A program made the translations under genes and the position numbers. DNA of 64,000 bases from an uncultured virus (IMG/VR IMGVR_UViG_3300024999_000087) (lineage: Duplodnaviria > Heunggongvirae > Uroviricota > Caudoviricetes): the IMG/VR virus record IMGVR_UViG_3300024999_000087; one strand, 5' to 3'. Below the pieces are notes generated by a model. That model was not told the origin of the DNA. It worked only from the letters and a program-made list of their open reading frames with translations, and made no database searches. This document shows positions 1-9,564 of the stretch, piece after piece (position 1 is the first letter of the stretch; every line of letters begins with the position of its first letter).

Positions 1-82
1 GGCAGATAACCGTAGAGAATGCCAAGGAAGCCATCAAGTATCAAGATGAGAGAATAAAGCATCATATGCTGAGGATTGCATT

Positions 83-367
83 ATGACGCCCCAAGAGATA
101 AAAGATATCCGCAAGGCCCTCAACCTCACAACCGCCGAATTAGGAGATAAACTAGGCGTAAGCAGGCGGACCATCGAAGGCTATGAGATGGGGCGTAGGA
201 AGATCCCGCGCCCTGTGGAGATGCTGATTAACTTACTCAAGGAGAAATGTGATGAAAGCACTGGAATTGTACGAAGCGGTTTACGACACAGCACGAAGCG
301 AATATGTACCCGAAGACAAAGCCGGGATGGTCCGGGACGTTATCGACTACGCAGATGGAGCATTTAA
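83..367 (+). CDS. XRE-family HTH transcriptional regulator
   Basis: IKDIRKALNLTTAELGDKLGVSRRTIEGYEMGRRKIP is a classic HTH_3 pattern; last ~38 aa overlap the next ORF and may be a non-functional extension. Confidence 0.85.
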   Translation: MTPQEIKDIRKALNLTTAELGDKLGVSRRTIEGYEMGRRKIPRPVEMLINLLKEKCDESTGIVRSGLRHSTKRICTRRQSRDGPGRYRLRRWSI

Positions 368-515
368 CCGGAATTTACCCACAGAACTTGCCGAGAAGAT
401 TGTCAATTGCCGCCTTGACTGGAAAGAGAAAACATGGGGAGACAGCGGAAACGGGCAGTATCAAAATAATTACTTCTACTGCGTCGAGGAACCTCTGTCT
501 GATATTGAAATATAA
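249..515 (+). CDS. hypothetical protein
   Basis: GGAG upstream of start, protein-like composition, same operon as the HTH gene. Confidence 0.6.
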   Translation: MMKALELYEAVYDTARSEYVPEDKAGMVRDVIDYADGAFNRNLPTELAEKIVNCRLDWKEKTWGDSGNGQYQNNYFYCVEEPLSDIEI

Positions 516-558
516 CCCTGCCACCCCATTGCCGCTGACCATCCCGGAAGGCGGCAAG

Positions 559-789
559 TCACCAATCCAGGCTATCGCGTATGCTGACAGCCTGGAGAAT
601 CCACGGATCATCACCCTTGTATTTCTTCCTCGCCTCTACCAGATCCACAGCCCGAGCAGCATCCCGCAAACACCGTGCCAGCCCCTTGCGCCTGTCGTGC
701 TGGAACTCCGTAACAACATCCCGGTTAATCCCCACTGTGTATGTGCATACGCCGCCTGCTGGTCCGCCTTTGTTTATGATTGCTATCAT
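559..789 (-). CDS. hypothetical phage protein
   Basis: Start (MIAIINKGG) overlaps stop of upstream gene, as in the rest of the operon. Confidence 0.55.
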   Translation of the reverse strand: MIAIINKGGPAGGVCTYTVGINRDVVTEFQHDRRKGLARCLRDAARAVDLVEARKKYKGDDPWILQAVSIRDSLDW

Positions 790-1052
790 TCTGCCAACGC
801 CTCCTTCGCTTTTTGGTCGGCATCGTACCAACTCCACCCCTCAATCGCCGGGAGAGTCATATACCCCACGTACTGCCGGGTTAATTCCATCGCCTGCCGA
901 TACTCATTTAATGCCGCAGTCAACACCCCTATCTTTTTTTCAAGGTCTTGACACGATGGACACCTTCTGTATTTATTACACGACCCAATAAACTCCCCAT
1001 CTGCCTTTTCCACATATCTAGCCGGTTTACCGCATCCGCATGTGTCCATCAT
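786..1052 (-). CDS. hypothetical Cys-rich protein
   Basis: CxC/CxxC motifs; 4-bp overlaps with neighbours. Confidence 0.55.
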   Translation of the reverse strand: MMDTCGCGKPARYVEKADGEFIGSCNKYRRCPSCQDLEKKIGVLTAALNEYRQAMELTRQYVGYMTLPAIEGWSWYDADQKAKEALAE

Positions 1053-1407
1053 TTCCGCATCCCCATCATCTTGAATAGATCATCAACCACCCCACAGGAC
1101 CGCACCTCAGCCGTCCCCTTCTCAATCCCCACCCGCTGCCGAGCGCACTCCCCGCAGAGATGCACCGCGTTTTTGTCGCGCTTCCCCTTGGCTATTACGG
1201 CTACGGTTGCATGGCAGTAATGACAGGCTAGTTCAATCATCCGGTTCGCCCTTCAGTTTATGCCCCAGGACAACGCCAAGGCATAGAGGCCACAGTGCAG
1301 CGATCATCAATGCCGCTCCCACCTCCTGATACCAGGGGGCATCATCTGTCTCATCCACCAGGCATAATCCCCACGTAAACAAAATCCCTATGGTCCAGAG
1401 TGTCATA

Positions 1408-1749
1408 TCATCTCTCCTTGGCACATCGCAACGCCACCCGTTTGAGCACCAGATACCCCATCAAATCATCCTCCACATCCTCGTCCTCATCTTCCTGCCC
1501 TGACATCAGCCGGGAAATTTTGTCATCGAGCCTGATATTGATTTGCTCAATAGGACTGGCCCTGCTGAAGCATCGTACCGGATGGATCGCACTGTCACCG
1601 TACTTGCGGTTCTTCTGAAGTAGCATGACCTTTATCCGGTCGCATTCCTCAACTATCATGCGCTGAGTTTCGGTTAGGTTAAACTCGTTGGCCTTGTCCC
1701 ACTCCAAATTCAGACAACCCATCAAATCGTCAAGCCTGTCATTCTTCAT
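1408..1749 (-). CDS. Nucleotide-modification-associated domain 1 (DUF1599-like) protein
   Basis: LLQKNRKYGDS...IRLDDKISRL...EDDLMGYLVL signature; start taken at MKNDRL. Confidence 0.75.
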   Translation of the reverse strand: MKNDRLDDLMGCLNLEWDKANEFNLTETQRMIVEECDRIKVMLLQKNRKYGDSAIHPVRCFSRASPIEQINIRLDDKISRLMSGQEDEDEDVEDDLMGYLVLKRVALRCAKER

Positions 1750-2038
1750 GCAAACACTCATCCCCATCCTCCCTGTGCCGCACACGGTATTCCATGTGGC
1801 CTCCGGTAATTTGCTTGCCAAATTGTTCAGCCGCAGCACCAGCAATCGACTCATCCAAATAGCTGCCACGCACCCGCCATTCGTCGTTGACCCAATCTGG
1901 GCAACAATTCCAACTGCTCATCTCTCCCACATATTCGTCGGTAAACCTTTCTTCAACAATCCACGGGCGATCTCGCTTCGGAGGTTTAGGCTGGGGGATC
2001 TGGGAGAATTGCTTGAGTTTGGTATTCCTATTGCTCAC
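1739..2038 (-). CDS. hypothetical protein
   Basis: Packed in operon with overlapping ends. Confidence 0.5.
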   Translation of the reverse strand: MSNRNTKLKQFSQIPQPKPPKRDRPWIVEERFTDEYVGEMSSWNCCPDWVNDEWRVRGSYLDESIAGAAAEQFGKQITGGHMEYRVRHREDGDECLHEE

Positions 2039-3167
2039 TCATCAACTCCTTTATGCCCAGTTCAATCCTTGACCGTTGCCCCCATTCCCGATGCCATAGG
2101 TTCGCAACAGTAGCCCGCACGTTGCTATACGCCTCTTCAGCCGCCCAAGCGTCAGCCGGGGCAAGAGTAGGGAATAACTCAACAATCACCCCATCCTCTT
2201 CAGTCAGCCCTGCCGGGGTAGTGCGTCCCCTCTTGTGGAGATGCCCCGCCCTGACATACATCCGCTCGATGCCGGTCAGGTTGTTCCTGATAATGTGGTT
2301 CATCATGTAGGATGCAAGGCGCTTCGATCCGGTATCGCCGTGCGAGGCCATGAAGAAATTCCGGCCCCAGCGATAGAACTTATGTTTCGCCGGGGACGTG
2401 TCCACCACAACCCGTGTCTCGTTGCGATAATGCGCTGCCAGGACCATGCACAGGTGTATTGCGCTCATAGGGTCATGGTTGCCTGATACGATCACCACAC
2501 GCACCGTTTTGGCCTGCTGGAGAGCTATATCAATCGCCGTTGTCCATGTCTCATAGCCTATCCATGCCGTCTTGGTGTACCGGCTGTCTACGTCGAGGAT
2601 ATGGCCTGATTTCTCCGTCCGGTTGCTGCGATTGTCAGAATGGAGATTATCACCTCCGCCGAATATAACCGCCTCTTCAACCGGACCGCAGTGTGAGAAT
2701 ATCGCCCTTGCCGCGTTGACCATCAGCGTCTTTGCAATCTTGAGGTCATAACTTGCGCCAGTCTCCGCAGCCCATGCCAGCAGCCCGAGATGATGGTCAG
2801 GGATTAGCCATTCCAGCAGCAGAGCAGAGTTTGTATCAGTGGGGGCAACCTGGACCGGCGCAGCAGGTATCCGCTGGTTGAAATACTCTTGCGTAATCTC
2901 TGACAGGATTGGTGACACGCGATCCCACCGCTGCACCACATCGCCGTCTCCGTTGATTTGCAAGGTGGATTTGGTGAGGCCAAACCCAACTGGGGCCTGC
3001 TCTACAAAGCGATTCGGCTCTACCGGCCATCCTGCCTTTGCGGCACCCCACAGCCTACCCCGCAACGACTTGGCATCAATGCCGATGGTCCGAGCCGCTT
3101 CGTGCTCGTTGTGATTGGATGCTTCATAGGCTTTCACGGCTTCGGTCTGTTTCTCTGTGAGCATCAT
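2028..3167 (-). CDS. Calcineurin-like metallophosphoesterase with N-terminal HTH
   Basis: Motifs DHHLG, GGDNLH, SGNHD, SHGD, AGHLH; HTH-like N-terminus. Confidence 0.85.
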   Translation of the reverse strand: MMLTEKQTEAVKAYEASNHNEHEAARTIGIDAKSLRGRLWGAAKAGWPVEPNRFVEQAPVGFGLTKSTLQINGDGDVVQRWDRVSPILSEITQEYFNQRIPAAPVQVAPTDTNSALLLEWLIPDHHLGLLAWAAETGASYDLKIAKTLMVNAARAIFSHCGPVEEAVIFGGGDNLHSDNRSNRTEKSGHILDVDSRYTKTAWIGYETWTTAIDIALQQAKTVRVVIVSGNHDPMSAIHLCMVLAAHYRNETRVVVDTSPAKHKFYRWGRNFFMASHGDTGSKRLASYMMNHIIRNNLTGIERMYVRAGHLHKRGRTTPAGLTEEDGVIVELFPTLAPADAWAAEEAYSNVRATVANLWHREWGQRSRIELGIKELMSEQ

Positions 3168-3475
3168 CCCTCCTTCGTGCAATCCCTAATCGACTTGGCA
3201 ATTGCGTCCGTAATACAGTGGTGCCCAACACCCGAGCGCGTAAGCCTCTCAGCAATCTCTGACCACGTTAGCACCTCCCCACACCTGACCTTAGTCATCA
3301 TGCGAAACAATGCGTTGACCAGTGCCTTGATATCCTTATTTTCATAACTGCCCTCAGCCGGGAAATGCGCTTGGATGGAGGTTTCGGCTATGGTCATATA
3401 CCAATTCTCGCTGTCGAACTGAAACCGGCCTCGCTTGCAATCCTCATGCGGTATCTCTGCCATCAGCACACCCAC
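3164..3475 (-). CDS. hypothetical protein
   Basis: Operon packing. Confidence 0.5.
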   Translation of the reverse strand: MGVLMAEIPHEDCKRGRFQFDSENWYMTIAETSIQAHFPAEGSYENKDIKALVNALFRMMTKVRCGEVLTWSEIAERLTRSGVGHHCITDAIAKSIRDCTKEG

Positions 3476-3756
3476 ATTGAGAGATACACCTTCGCATCAT
3501 GCCCCGTGACCTCCTTGAACTTATCCCTGAGTTTCTGCACCTCTACCTCATCCCACGTAAACTCAGCGAATGGGTCAGCCTCCTTGTACGCGAATCCATC
3601 TATGCGGTCATCGCTGTTGTCGTATTCAGGGTCGCACAGCGTAAACACATCACCGTCAATGTCCATCCCATCAACCTCGCCCGAATCAAACCCTGACAGT
3701 TCGTCCGCCCGCAATCCTACGATTATCCACGCCTCTCTTGATATTCCCATCACCAC
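3463..3756 (-). CDS. hypothetical acidic protein
   Basis: GGAGG RBS, operon packing. Confidence 0.55.
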   Translation of the reverse strand: MVMGISREAWIIVGLRADELSGFDSGEVDGMDIDGDVFTLCDPEYDNSDDRIDGFAYKEADPFAEFTWDEVEVQKLRDKFKEVTGHDAKVYLSMWVC

Positions 3757-4191
3757 CTCCGAGTTATAACCTTGGCATAAGCCACAGCCTCATCCCACGT
3801 ATCGCCCTGTAGCCAGTATTTGAGTGCTAGGATGTACGTTCTCATGGCAGGTTATTCCTCATCTTCACCCCATCCTTCTGGGAGTTCCTTGCCGGTTTCG
3901 TTCATAAAATCCCGGTTCATGTAATAAACCACATCACCATGAGAAGGACCGAAATCGGCATTAATTACGAACCATCGCAAATACTCCAACTCTGTCGCTT
4001 GCTCTTTCATTTTGTCACCTCTATAGGTTTTATGATATGCCCCAACCTAGGCCACCCCTGAGTATGCCATGCAATCTCAGCCACATCCGGGAATCGGTAG
4101 GCTATGGAGTAATGAGTCTTGCCATCTGGTACTTTGGTGCCTCGCTTGGCGCGGGTGAAGTGGGGCTTGTTCTGGATCATCTCGTAGTACA

Positions 4192-4446
4192 TTATGAGCT
4201 TTGAACCATCACATACCCTGGGAGAATCAATCCAATTGCCGACAGCCACCCGGCTACACCAGCAAAAAACACCTTGGCAATCCCGATAGCCACATTCATT
4301 GCCGACAAGTCAACCGCTCGTATCTCAGTAACCACATCAACAATACCGCCTATGAAACATACCCAAACACCAACGTAAGCGCCCAGACAAGCACCAGCGA
4401 ACATCAATAAAATACCGATTGCAAATTTCATTTCACCCTCCATCAA
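4192..4446 (-). CDS. small membrane protein (two hydrophobic helices)
   Basis: Two long hydrophobic segments; first gene after promoter at 4480-4508. Confidence 0.65.
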   Translation of the reverse strand: MMEGEMKFAIGILLMFAGACLGAYVGVWVCFIGGIVDVVTEIRAVDLSAMNVAIGIAKVFFAGVAGWLSAIGLILPGYVMVQSS

Positions 4447-4479
4447 TGAGTTAATGTTCTACTCCATCCATCATCCACG

Positions 4480-4529
4480 ACTCTACCACATTTTGTATGA
4501 TCGTGCAACTGTAAACACCGCATATGGTG
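4480..4529 (-). promoter_or_regulatory. sigma70-type promoter overlapped by two NrdR-like boxes
   Basis: TTGCAC-17-TAGAGT with TGn (4508-4480); boxes CCACATTTTGTA (4486) and acaCCGCATATGGTG (core 4518), 32 bp apart. Confidence 0.55.
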
Positions 4530-4547
4530 GTTATTTGCGGGGATTGC

Positions 4548-4862
4548 CTAACTGAGCAAGTCCAGTTGCCGAATCGCCTCAATCTGCTCGTCATCGCCAA
4601 ACACCAGTTTTTTCTTCAGACACTTTGGCTTGACCTTGCCCCGCAGCTTGTCTATCCACGGTTTGACCATGCAGCCTTTCTTGTTGTCCACCAGGATATC
4701 CATGATTTCCTTCAACTTTTCCTGGCCCTTGCCGTGCTGGTCATAGTTGTAGGTCATTTGGATATACGCAACAGGACACATCGCCTCTTCGTCAGTATGG
4801 ATGCACTCGCTGCATTGCTCGTCAAATACGTAGCCCTCTGAACTATTTGAGTAATATGCCAT
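4548..4862 (-). CDS. hypothetical Cys-containing phage protein
   Basis: GGAGG RBS; SNSSEG...QCSEC...CP pattern. Confidence 0.6.
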   Translation of the reverse strand: MAYYSNSSEGYVFDEQCSECIHTDEEAMCPVAYIQMTYNYDQHGKGQEKLKEIMDILVDNKKGCMVKPWIDKLRGKVKPKCLKKKLVFGDDEQIEAIRQLDLLS

Positions 4863-4864
4863 CG

Positions 4865-5392
4865 CTACACCTCCTTGACAGAGTCGATGTACTGTTTTGC
4901 GGATGAGGTGATCTCACAATCCTGGAAGCCTAAGCACTGCTCGGCTGCATATCGTGTGTAGGCGGCTTCTAAAATGTCATCATAATACCCGAGGCTATTC
5001 TCATGCCTTTCGACCGCTATCTGGACTTGCCACTTTCCTGCTATTTTGTGCCAATACACCCCCTTTATCCCAGAGGTGTTATCCATCCTCATCTTACTAT
5101 TCCTCGCCTGGCATTGGTGTGATGCCTCCCTGAGATTAACCCGGCGATTGTCGGCCCTGTCCCGGTTGATATGGTCAATTTGATTTTCCGGCATATATCC
5201 ATCGGTGTAGAGTATGGCGAGGCGATGTGCTTTGTATGACCTGCCGCCTATACTGATCTGACGATATCCTTCAGGGTTAATACAACCTGCCTCAAATCCA
5301 TTCGACCTTCCTGGCCCGCTAGTCCTCCGCCTAAATTTCCCAGTGTCTTGGTCATAATCCAAAACCTCTTTTAATCTTTCCTGTGTGATCAT
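4865..5392 (-). CDS. HNH homing endonuclease (copy 1)
   Basis: AHRLA...IDHINRDRADNRRVNLR and NTSGIKGVYW AP2-like tail. Confidence 0.92.
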   Translation of the reverse strand: MITQERLKEVLDYDQDTGKFRRRTSGPGRSNGFEAGCINPEGYRQISIGGRSYKAHRLAILYTDGYMPENQIDHINRDRADNRRVNLREASHQCQARNSKMRMDNTSGIKGVYWHKIAGKWQVQIAVERHENSLGYYDDILEAAYTRYAAEQCLGFQDCEITSSAKQYIDSVKEV

Positions 5393-5608
5393 GCCTCTAC
5401 CTCTATTTTTCTTCCCTCTTCGGCGCTTTCGTCGTAGAAGATTGCCCTGGCCATCCCGCTTAAATCGGAGATTGAGTAATACTCTGCCCCTGTAGGTACA
5501 CGCCGAACATCGCCGGTGCAGAGGTAGTAATTAGTCTCCTGAAAATCCTCCGCTGCCTCGCGGTTATTGAAGAATATTGCTTGGTTGTTCGTGATTATGT
5601 AGTACATC

Positions 5609-6538
5609 TTATACCTCCAATTTTACGCGATTGTTTTCTTCCACCAAAACATCGTTCCAATCCTGCCCAGGTTTCTCAGGGAGATACACCGTGACAGCAA
5701 TTCCGCCACGAACTGACAGCTTGTGCGCCAAGGAGTATGCCGCCTTCTGGCCCGCGTAATTCGTGTCGTTATCCCCGATTATCGCCAATGTCTTGACTCC
5801 GATAGGTGGCTCAAACCCTTCCAAGAGGGAAGAACTGAGCGCAGCCCATACCGGAATGCCGATCATCTCGGATGCCGCGATTGCCGTTTCAATCCCTTCA
5901 GCAACTCCAAGCATTTCGGTCTGTTCGTACAACCGCACCGCCCCTCCTGTCATTTTCTTTATCGCCGGGAGAATTTTCTTGGGACTTTCCAGCCGCAACT
6001 TATCCCCGGCAGCGTCGATGTATGTCCTGTGCATCGTCACCGCCACGCCATCGGCCCCGGTGAACACGGCAAGCATGGCTTTCTGGTTCTGCTTTGTCTC
6101 TGATTCCCAACAGGCCGGATGATAGCGCAATACCCCAGGTATCTTACTCAACCCCCGCTTGGTCAAATACTTGTACGCCGGGTCTGTCGTCTGAATCGGC
6201 ATGGACGAGGTGAAAATCTCCCTCAATTTCTCAGGAGTTATCGTGTTCTCTTTGGTTTTTGCCGATATGGGTATTGCACCGACAAGCGGGGAAACCTGTT
6301 CAATCGCTTCCATGAAGTTGCACCCGAGTACCTTTTGAACCAACTCCCATCCATCCCCGGCCCCGCAGGTACATATCCAGGTTCCCGCCCCGGCCTTGTC
6401 ATCGAACCGGAAATGCTTTTTGTCGGTCCCGCAGACTGGACATGCTGTATGCCGTCCGTCACCAACCTCAATCCCAAGAGAGGCATAAATCCCCGGCCAT
6501 CTCCCGATTGCGGACTCTTTTACTTGTTCTATATTCAT
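5609..6538 (-). CDS. DNA primase (P4-like Zn-binding domain + Toprim)
   Basis: HTACPVCG...FRFDD...WICTCGAGDG; VAEGIETA and IIGDND Toprim motifs. Confidence 0.9.
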   Translation of the reverse strand: MNIEQVKESAIGRWPGIYASLGIEVGDGRHTACPVCGTDKKHFRFDDKAGAGTWICTCGAGDGWELVQKVLGCNFMEAIEQVSPLVGAIPISAKTKENTITPEKLREIFTSSMPIQTTDPAYKYLTKRGLSKIPGVLRYHPACWESETKQNQKAMLAVFTGADGVAVTMHRTYIDAAGDKLRLESPKKILPAIKKMTGGAVRLYEQTEMLGVAEGIETAIAASEMIGIPVWAALSSSLLEGFEPPIGVKTLAIIGDNDTNYAGQKAAYSLAHKLSVRGGIAVTVYLPEKPGQDWNDVLVEENNRVKLEV

Positions 6539-8025
6539 GTTGTTCCTTTGGATTTTGCTTTTCTGATATTCGTGTATTTTATCCAGTTAAAGAAAGTCTC
6601 GTCAGGTTCAATCGGTGAAACGCTATCCATTCCCCTCGGCCATACGCCTGTTTTGTCCTTGTAACTCCATGCCGTCCATCCCGACTTGTACCCTTTCTGC
6701 CGTCGATACCATTCAAACATCCCGAACCATCGCCTCTTTTCAGCAGGAGAAAACGACTTTTTTCCTTTATGCTCAACCAGTTCCCCATCAACTGCCTCGA
6801 CCTTCCTGCCGAATTTCTTCATCTCGCTTCCGCAGTCAGGACAATGTGTAGTTGCCTCAAAGATTGCGTGACAAGTCGGGCACTTCATAGGCTGTTTGTC
6901 TTTCTTCTCCCGCTCCTTCTTCTTCCATGCCTTCTCATTCCCATCAAGAAACCATTCAACAGGGTCGGTAATGTACCCGTGTTCAGATATCACCCCGGCA
7001 AAGTCCAGCAGGATAAGGTTCTCTTTGCCAGGAGAAGGACGCAACCCACGGCCTACGCACTGCCTGAACAGGCCCAGGCTCTTTGTCGGCCTTGCCATGA
7101 CAACACAGGAGATATCAGGCACATCCATGCCCTCGATATACAAGGCGACATTACAGATAACCTTGATCCGGCCCTCATCCATTTCCTTGAACGCGTACTC
7201 CCTTTCGTCGTCTCCGCTCTTTGCATCCAAGTGCATTGCGGGGATTCCTGCCCTGATAAACTCGTCTCGTAAATGGATGGAATGCTTGACGTTGACCGCA
7301 AAAACGATGGTCTTCCGGTTCTCTGCCAGTTTCAGCCAGTTCTGCACGACATCCCCAACCAGTTTGGGTTTGTCCATCTTTGCGCCAATAGCCTTCTTGT
7401 CGTAATCGCCCATCTCCAACTTGATTTTCGACAAATCTATCTCAGTCGGAGCGTAATATTTGACAGGGCAGAGATAGCCTTTCTCAGTTAATTCGCCTAC
7501 ATCAATAATACTGATAAGGTCGTCGTATATCTCGCCCAGCCCTCTGCCGTCAGCACGTACCGGAGTGGCAGTGGTTCCGATGATCACCTTGTCCTGATAG
7601 GCGCTGTAAATATCCTGATATCGCTTGGATATTGAGGTATGACTTTCGTCGGTGAGAACGATATCGGCATCAATGAAGAAATGGTTGTATTGCAACTCGT
7701 CAAGCTGCATCCGGCGATGGTAGGTCTGGACAGTGGAGACATAGACCTGATTCCCTTGGATAAACTCTTCCCCTGCCATTATCACCCCTGCCGTGATGCC
7801 GAAATGCTTATCCAGGGTTTCAGCGAATTGCCTTACGAGGTTCCGCCGATGCACCAGGAACAGGCAGGTTTTACCCTTACTTACCGCCAGGTTGATTATC
7901 TCTCCGTAGATTAAACTCTTGCCACTGCCGGTGGGAAGGACGATCAAGGGCCGCTTATGGCCAGACACGATTGATTCACGGGCTGAGGAAACGGCTGTAT
8001 TCTGATAATCACGCAGTATGCACAT
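6535..8025 (-). CDS. SF2 DEAD/DEAH-like helicase (RadD/ResIII type)
   Basis: LPTGSGKS, DESH, TAT, QCVGRGLR motifs; C-terminal Zn finger; start at MCILRDYQ. Confidence 0.93.
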   Translation of the reverse strand: MCILRDYQNTAVSSARESIVSGHKRPLIVLPTGSGKSLIYGEIINLAVSKGKTCLFLVHRRNLVRQFAETLDKHFGITAGVIMAGEEFIQGNQVYVSTVQTYHRRMQLDELQYNHFFIDADIVLTDESHTSISKRYQDIYSAYQDKVIIGTTATPVRADGRGLGEIYDDLISIIDVGELTEKGYLCPVKYYAPTEIDLSKIKLEMGDYDKKAIGAKMDKPKLVGDVVQNWLKLAENRKTIVFAVNVKHSIHLRDEFIRAGIPAMHLDAKSGDDEREYAFKEMDEGRIKVICNVALYIEGMDVPDISCVVMARPTKSLGLFRQCVGRGLRPSPGKENLILLDFAGVISEHGYITDPVEWFLDGNEKAWKKKEREKKDKQPMKCPTCHAIFEATTHCPDCGSEMKKFGRKVEAVDGELVEHKGKKSFSPAEKRRWFGMFEWYRRQKGYKSGWTAWSYKDKTGVWPRGMDSVSPIEPDETFFNWIKYTNIRKAKSKGTT

Positions 8026-8029
8026 AGAA

Positions 8030-8653
8030 TCACCCGAACGGGGTTTCAACTACTTCCCCGGTTGCTGTGTTGATCCACCCCTCCCCACCAGAGGGAACAA
8101 CCCCATCCCCTATAACAAATTCTTCCTTGGTAGGTAGGATGGAAGGAGAAGGAGAAGGAGAAGGAGAAGGAGCCAGCGCGTCGCTTGCGTTTCGTTGGCC
8201 AATCGTTAACGACCGTTGAACGTCGTTAATTAGTGCCCCGTACTCTTCCGCCGTGATAGCCACATATCCCTTGCTTTTTAGCTCTAAATACAGGGCATTA
8301 TGTGTCTGAGCCATCCGGCTAAACCTGGCCTTGTCTCCCCTATTCTTGGCATCACTGGCCCACGGGTTATGCTGCTGCCAGTCGTGAATCACGTAATCAT
8401 CACCGTCTTTTTCGATCAATCGGAGGTCGGCAAGCACCTTCACGAACCCCTCGCAGTCGTCACCAGCCCATTCCGCTGCAAGGCAAATGTCTAACGCGTC
8501 CATGTTCGTCAGGCGGCCGTTAACGGCCGTTAACGAAACGTAGGTCCACAGGCAGATGAGGCTGTAAAACCCCTCGTACCCAGTTTGACGGATGAGCCGC
8601 TTGATTTTGTGGTGTTTTACTAGGTTGGTGGAAATGCGGATATCAGTGTTCAT
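8030..8653 (-). CDS. Putative replication initiator (lambda O-like position)
   Basis: wHTH-like N-terminus ending IHDWQQHN, PSPSPSPS linker, internal phased repeats, upstream of helicase/primase. Confidence 0.6.
   Translation of the reverse strand: MNTDIRISTNLVKHHKIKRLIRQTGYEGFYSLICLWTYVSLTAVNGRLTNMDALDICLAAEWAGDDCEGFVKVLADLRLIEKDGDDYVIHDWQQHNPWASDAKNRGDKARFSRMAQTHNALYLELKSKGYVAITAEEYGALINDVQRSLTIGQRNASDALAPSPSPSPSPSILPTKEEFVIGDGVVPSGGEGWINTATGEVVETPFG
8182..8230. repeat. Helically phased CGTT repeats (candidate iterons/origin)
   Basis: CGTT at 8193, 8204, 8214, 8224 (CGCT at 8182), 10-11 bp period inside the initiator-like gene. Confidence 0.4.
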
Positions 8654-9182
8654 TTTTGATTGATCTCCAACAGATACCACAGAAGTATTTTATTGCGTCG
8701 TCCTTGTCGTCCATTCTGCTGATTGCAAGGTCCATCGCATCTTCCACCTCATCTAGCGGCAGTAATTCCAAAAACTTTTTCAAACTTCTTTTTTTGAAAC
8801 CATCCGACAGTATCCATCCCGGAAATGAGTCCCTGTATATCTTTGCTACAGCTTCAACATCAGCCGATTCTCTTTCCTTTATTTTCTTGAGAAAGTCCCG
8901 ATAACCCTTGATCTGTGCTTCTTTCTCCTTTAATTGCTTTAGATTGTCTGCCATTGATGGGGTTACTGAAGATAACTGCACCGCACCATTCCCCCGGTTG
9001 CAGTCAAAACAAGACGTTATCAGGTTTTTGTCGTCATTGTCTCCCCCGGCAGAGACTGGTATCAAGTGGTCAACCTCAAGGATCACCTTCGGAGGACTGC
9101 TGCCGCAATACGCACACCTAAACCCATCACGCTTAAAGACCTCAAATCTCACCTTTTTTGATAACGCCTTTCTCTTAGCCAT
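8643..9182 (-). CDS. HNH endonuclease (McrA-like) protein
   Basis: RFEVFKRDGFRCAYCG...EVDHLIPVSAGG...NLITSCFDCNRG. Confidence 0.9.
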   Translation of the reverse strand: MAKRKALSKKVRFEVFKRDGFRCAYCGSSPPKVILEVDHLIPVSAGGDNDDKNLITSCFDCNRGNGAVQLSSVTPSMADNLKQLKEKEAQIKGYRDFLKKIKERESADVEAVAKIYRDSFPGWILSDGFKKRSLKKFLELLPLDEVEDAMDLAISRMDDKDDAIKYFCGICWRSIKNEH

Positions 9183-9191
9183 TGCCCCTCC

Positions 9192-9330
9192 AAACAAAAA
9201 AATGACTTCCCACCAGGATAAGCACCCACGGAGGCTAGACCGCCTCTTCCTTGCTTACCGGCCCCTGGTGAGAAGCCATTCTTTTGGAACAATTTTTTGT
9301 TCATTTCTGATACCCGTGGGTTTATAGGAC
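9192..9330 (-). promoter_or_regulatory. Structured leader/attenuator of the replication operon
   Basis: 17-bp stem 9264-9280/9201-9217 (two G-U pairs valid only on minus strand) followed by U-run; competing 8-bp pairing 9314-9321/9224-9231. Confidence 0.6.
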
Positions 9331-9384
9331 GCAACCGGATAGGTCAACGAAGGGGGCCATCCCTCCATTTTTGGTTGCGCCTAT

Positions 9385-9446
9385 ATTATACCAAATTTTC
9401 CTAACACACGCAACACCTTTTCGCCTACACACCGCTATATATTGTA
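9385..9446 (-). promoter_or_regulatory. sigma70-type promoter with upstream NrdR-like box
   Basis: TTGCGT-17-TATAAT with TGn (9413-9385); ccgCTATATATTGTA at 9432-9446. Confidence 0.65.
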
Positions 9447-9564
9447 CCTCGCTCATCCCCCACCCCCAACCCATTGTCCCCCGCCGATTTCCCAGCCGCC
9501 GACTGCAATCAGTTGTTCGACGGTCGGCGGGAAATCGGTTTGAATGTAGCGGCAGGTTAGGCGA

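Noticed and set aside
83..515. Toxin-antitoxin pair or programmed overlap of HTH and next ORF
   Set aside because: No toxin motif recognised, upstream gene is truncated by the window edge, and the 119-bp overlap is most simply a stop-codon extension.
529..557. Terminator between convergent operons
   Set aside because: 7-bp stem with 15-nt loop and no U-tract; too weak to call.
1408..3167. Complete DNA hypermodification pathway
   Set aside because: Only Nmad1-like and phosphoesterase genes are seen; no synthase, kinase, transferase, methylase or polymerase to complete it.
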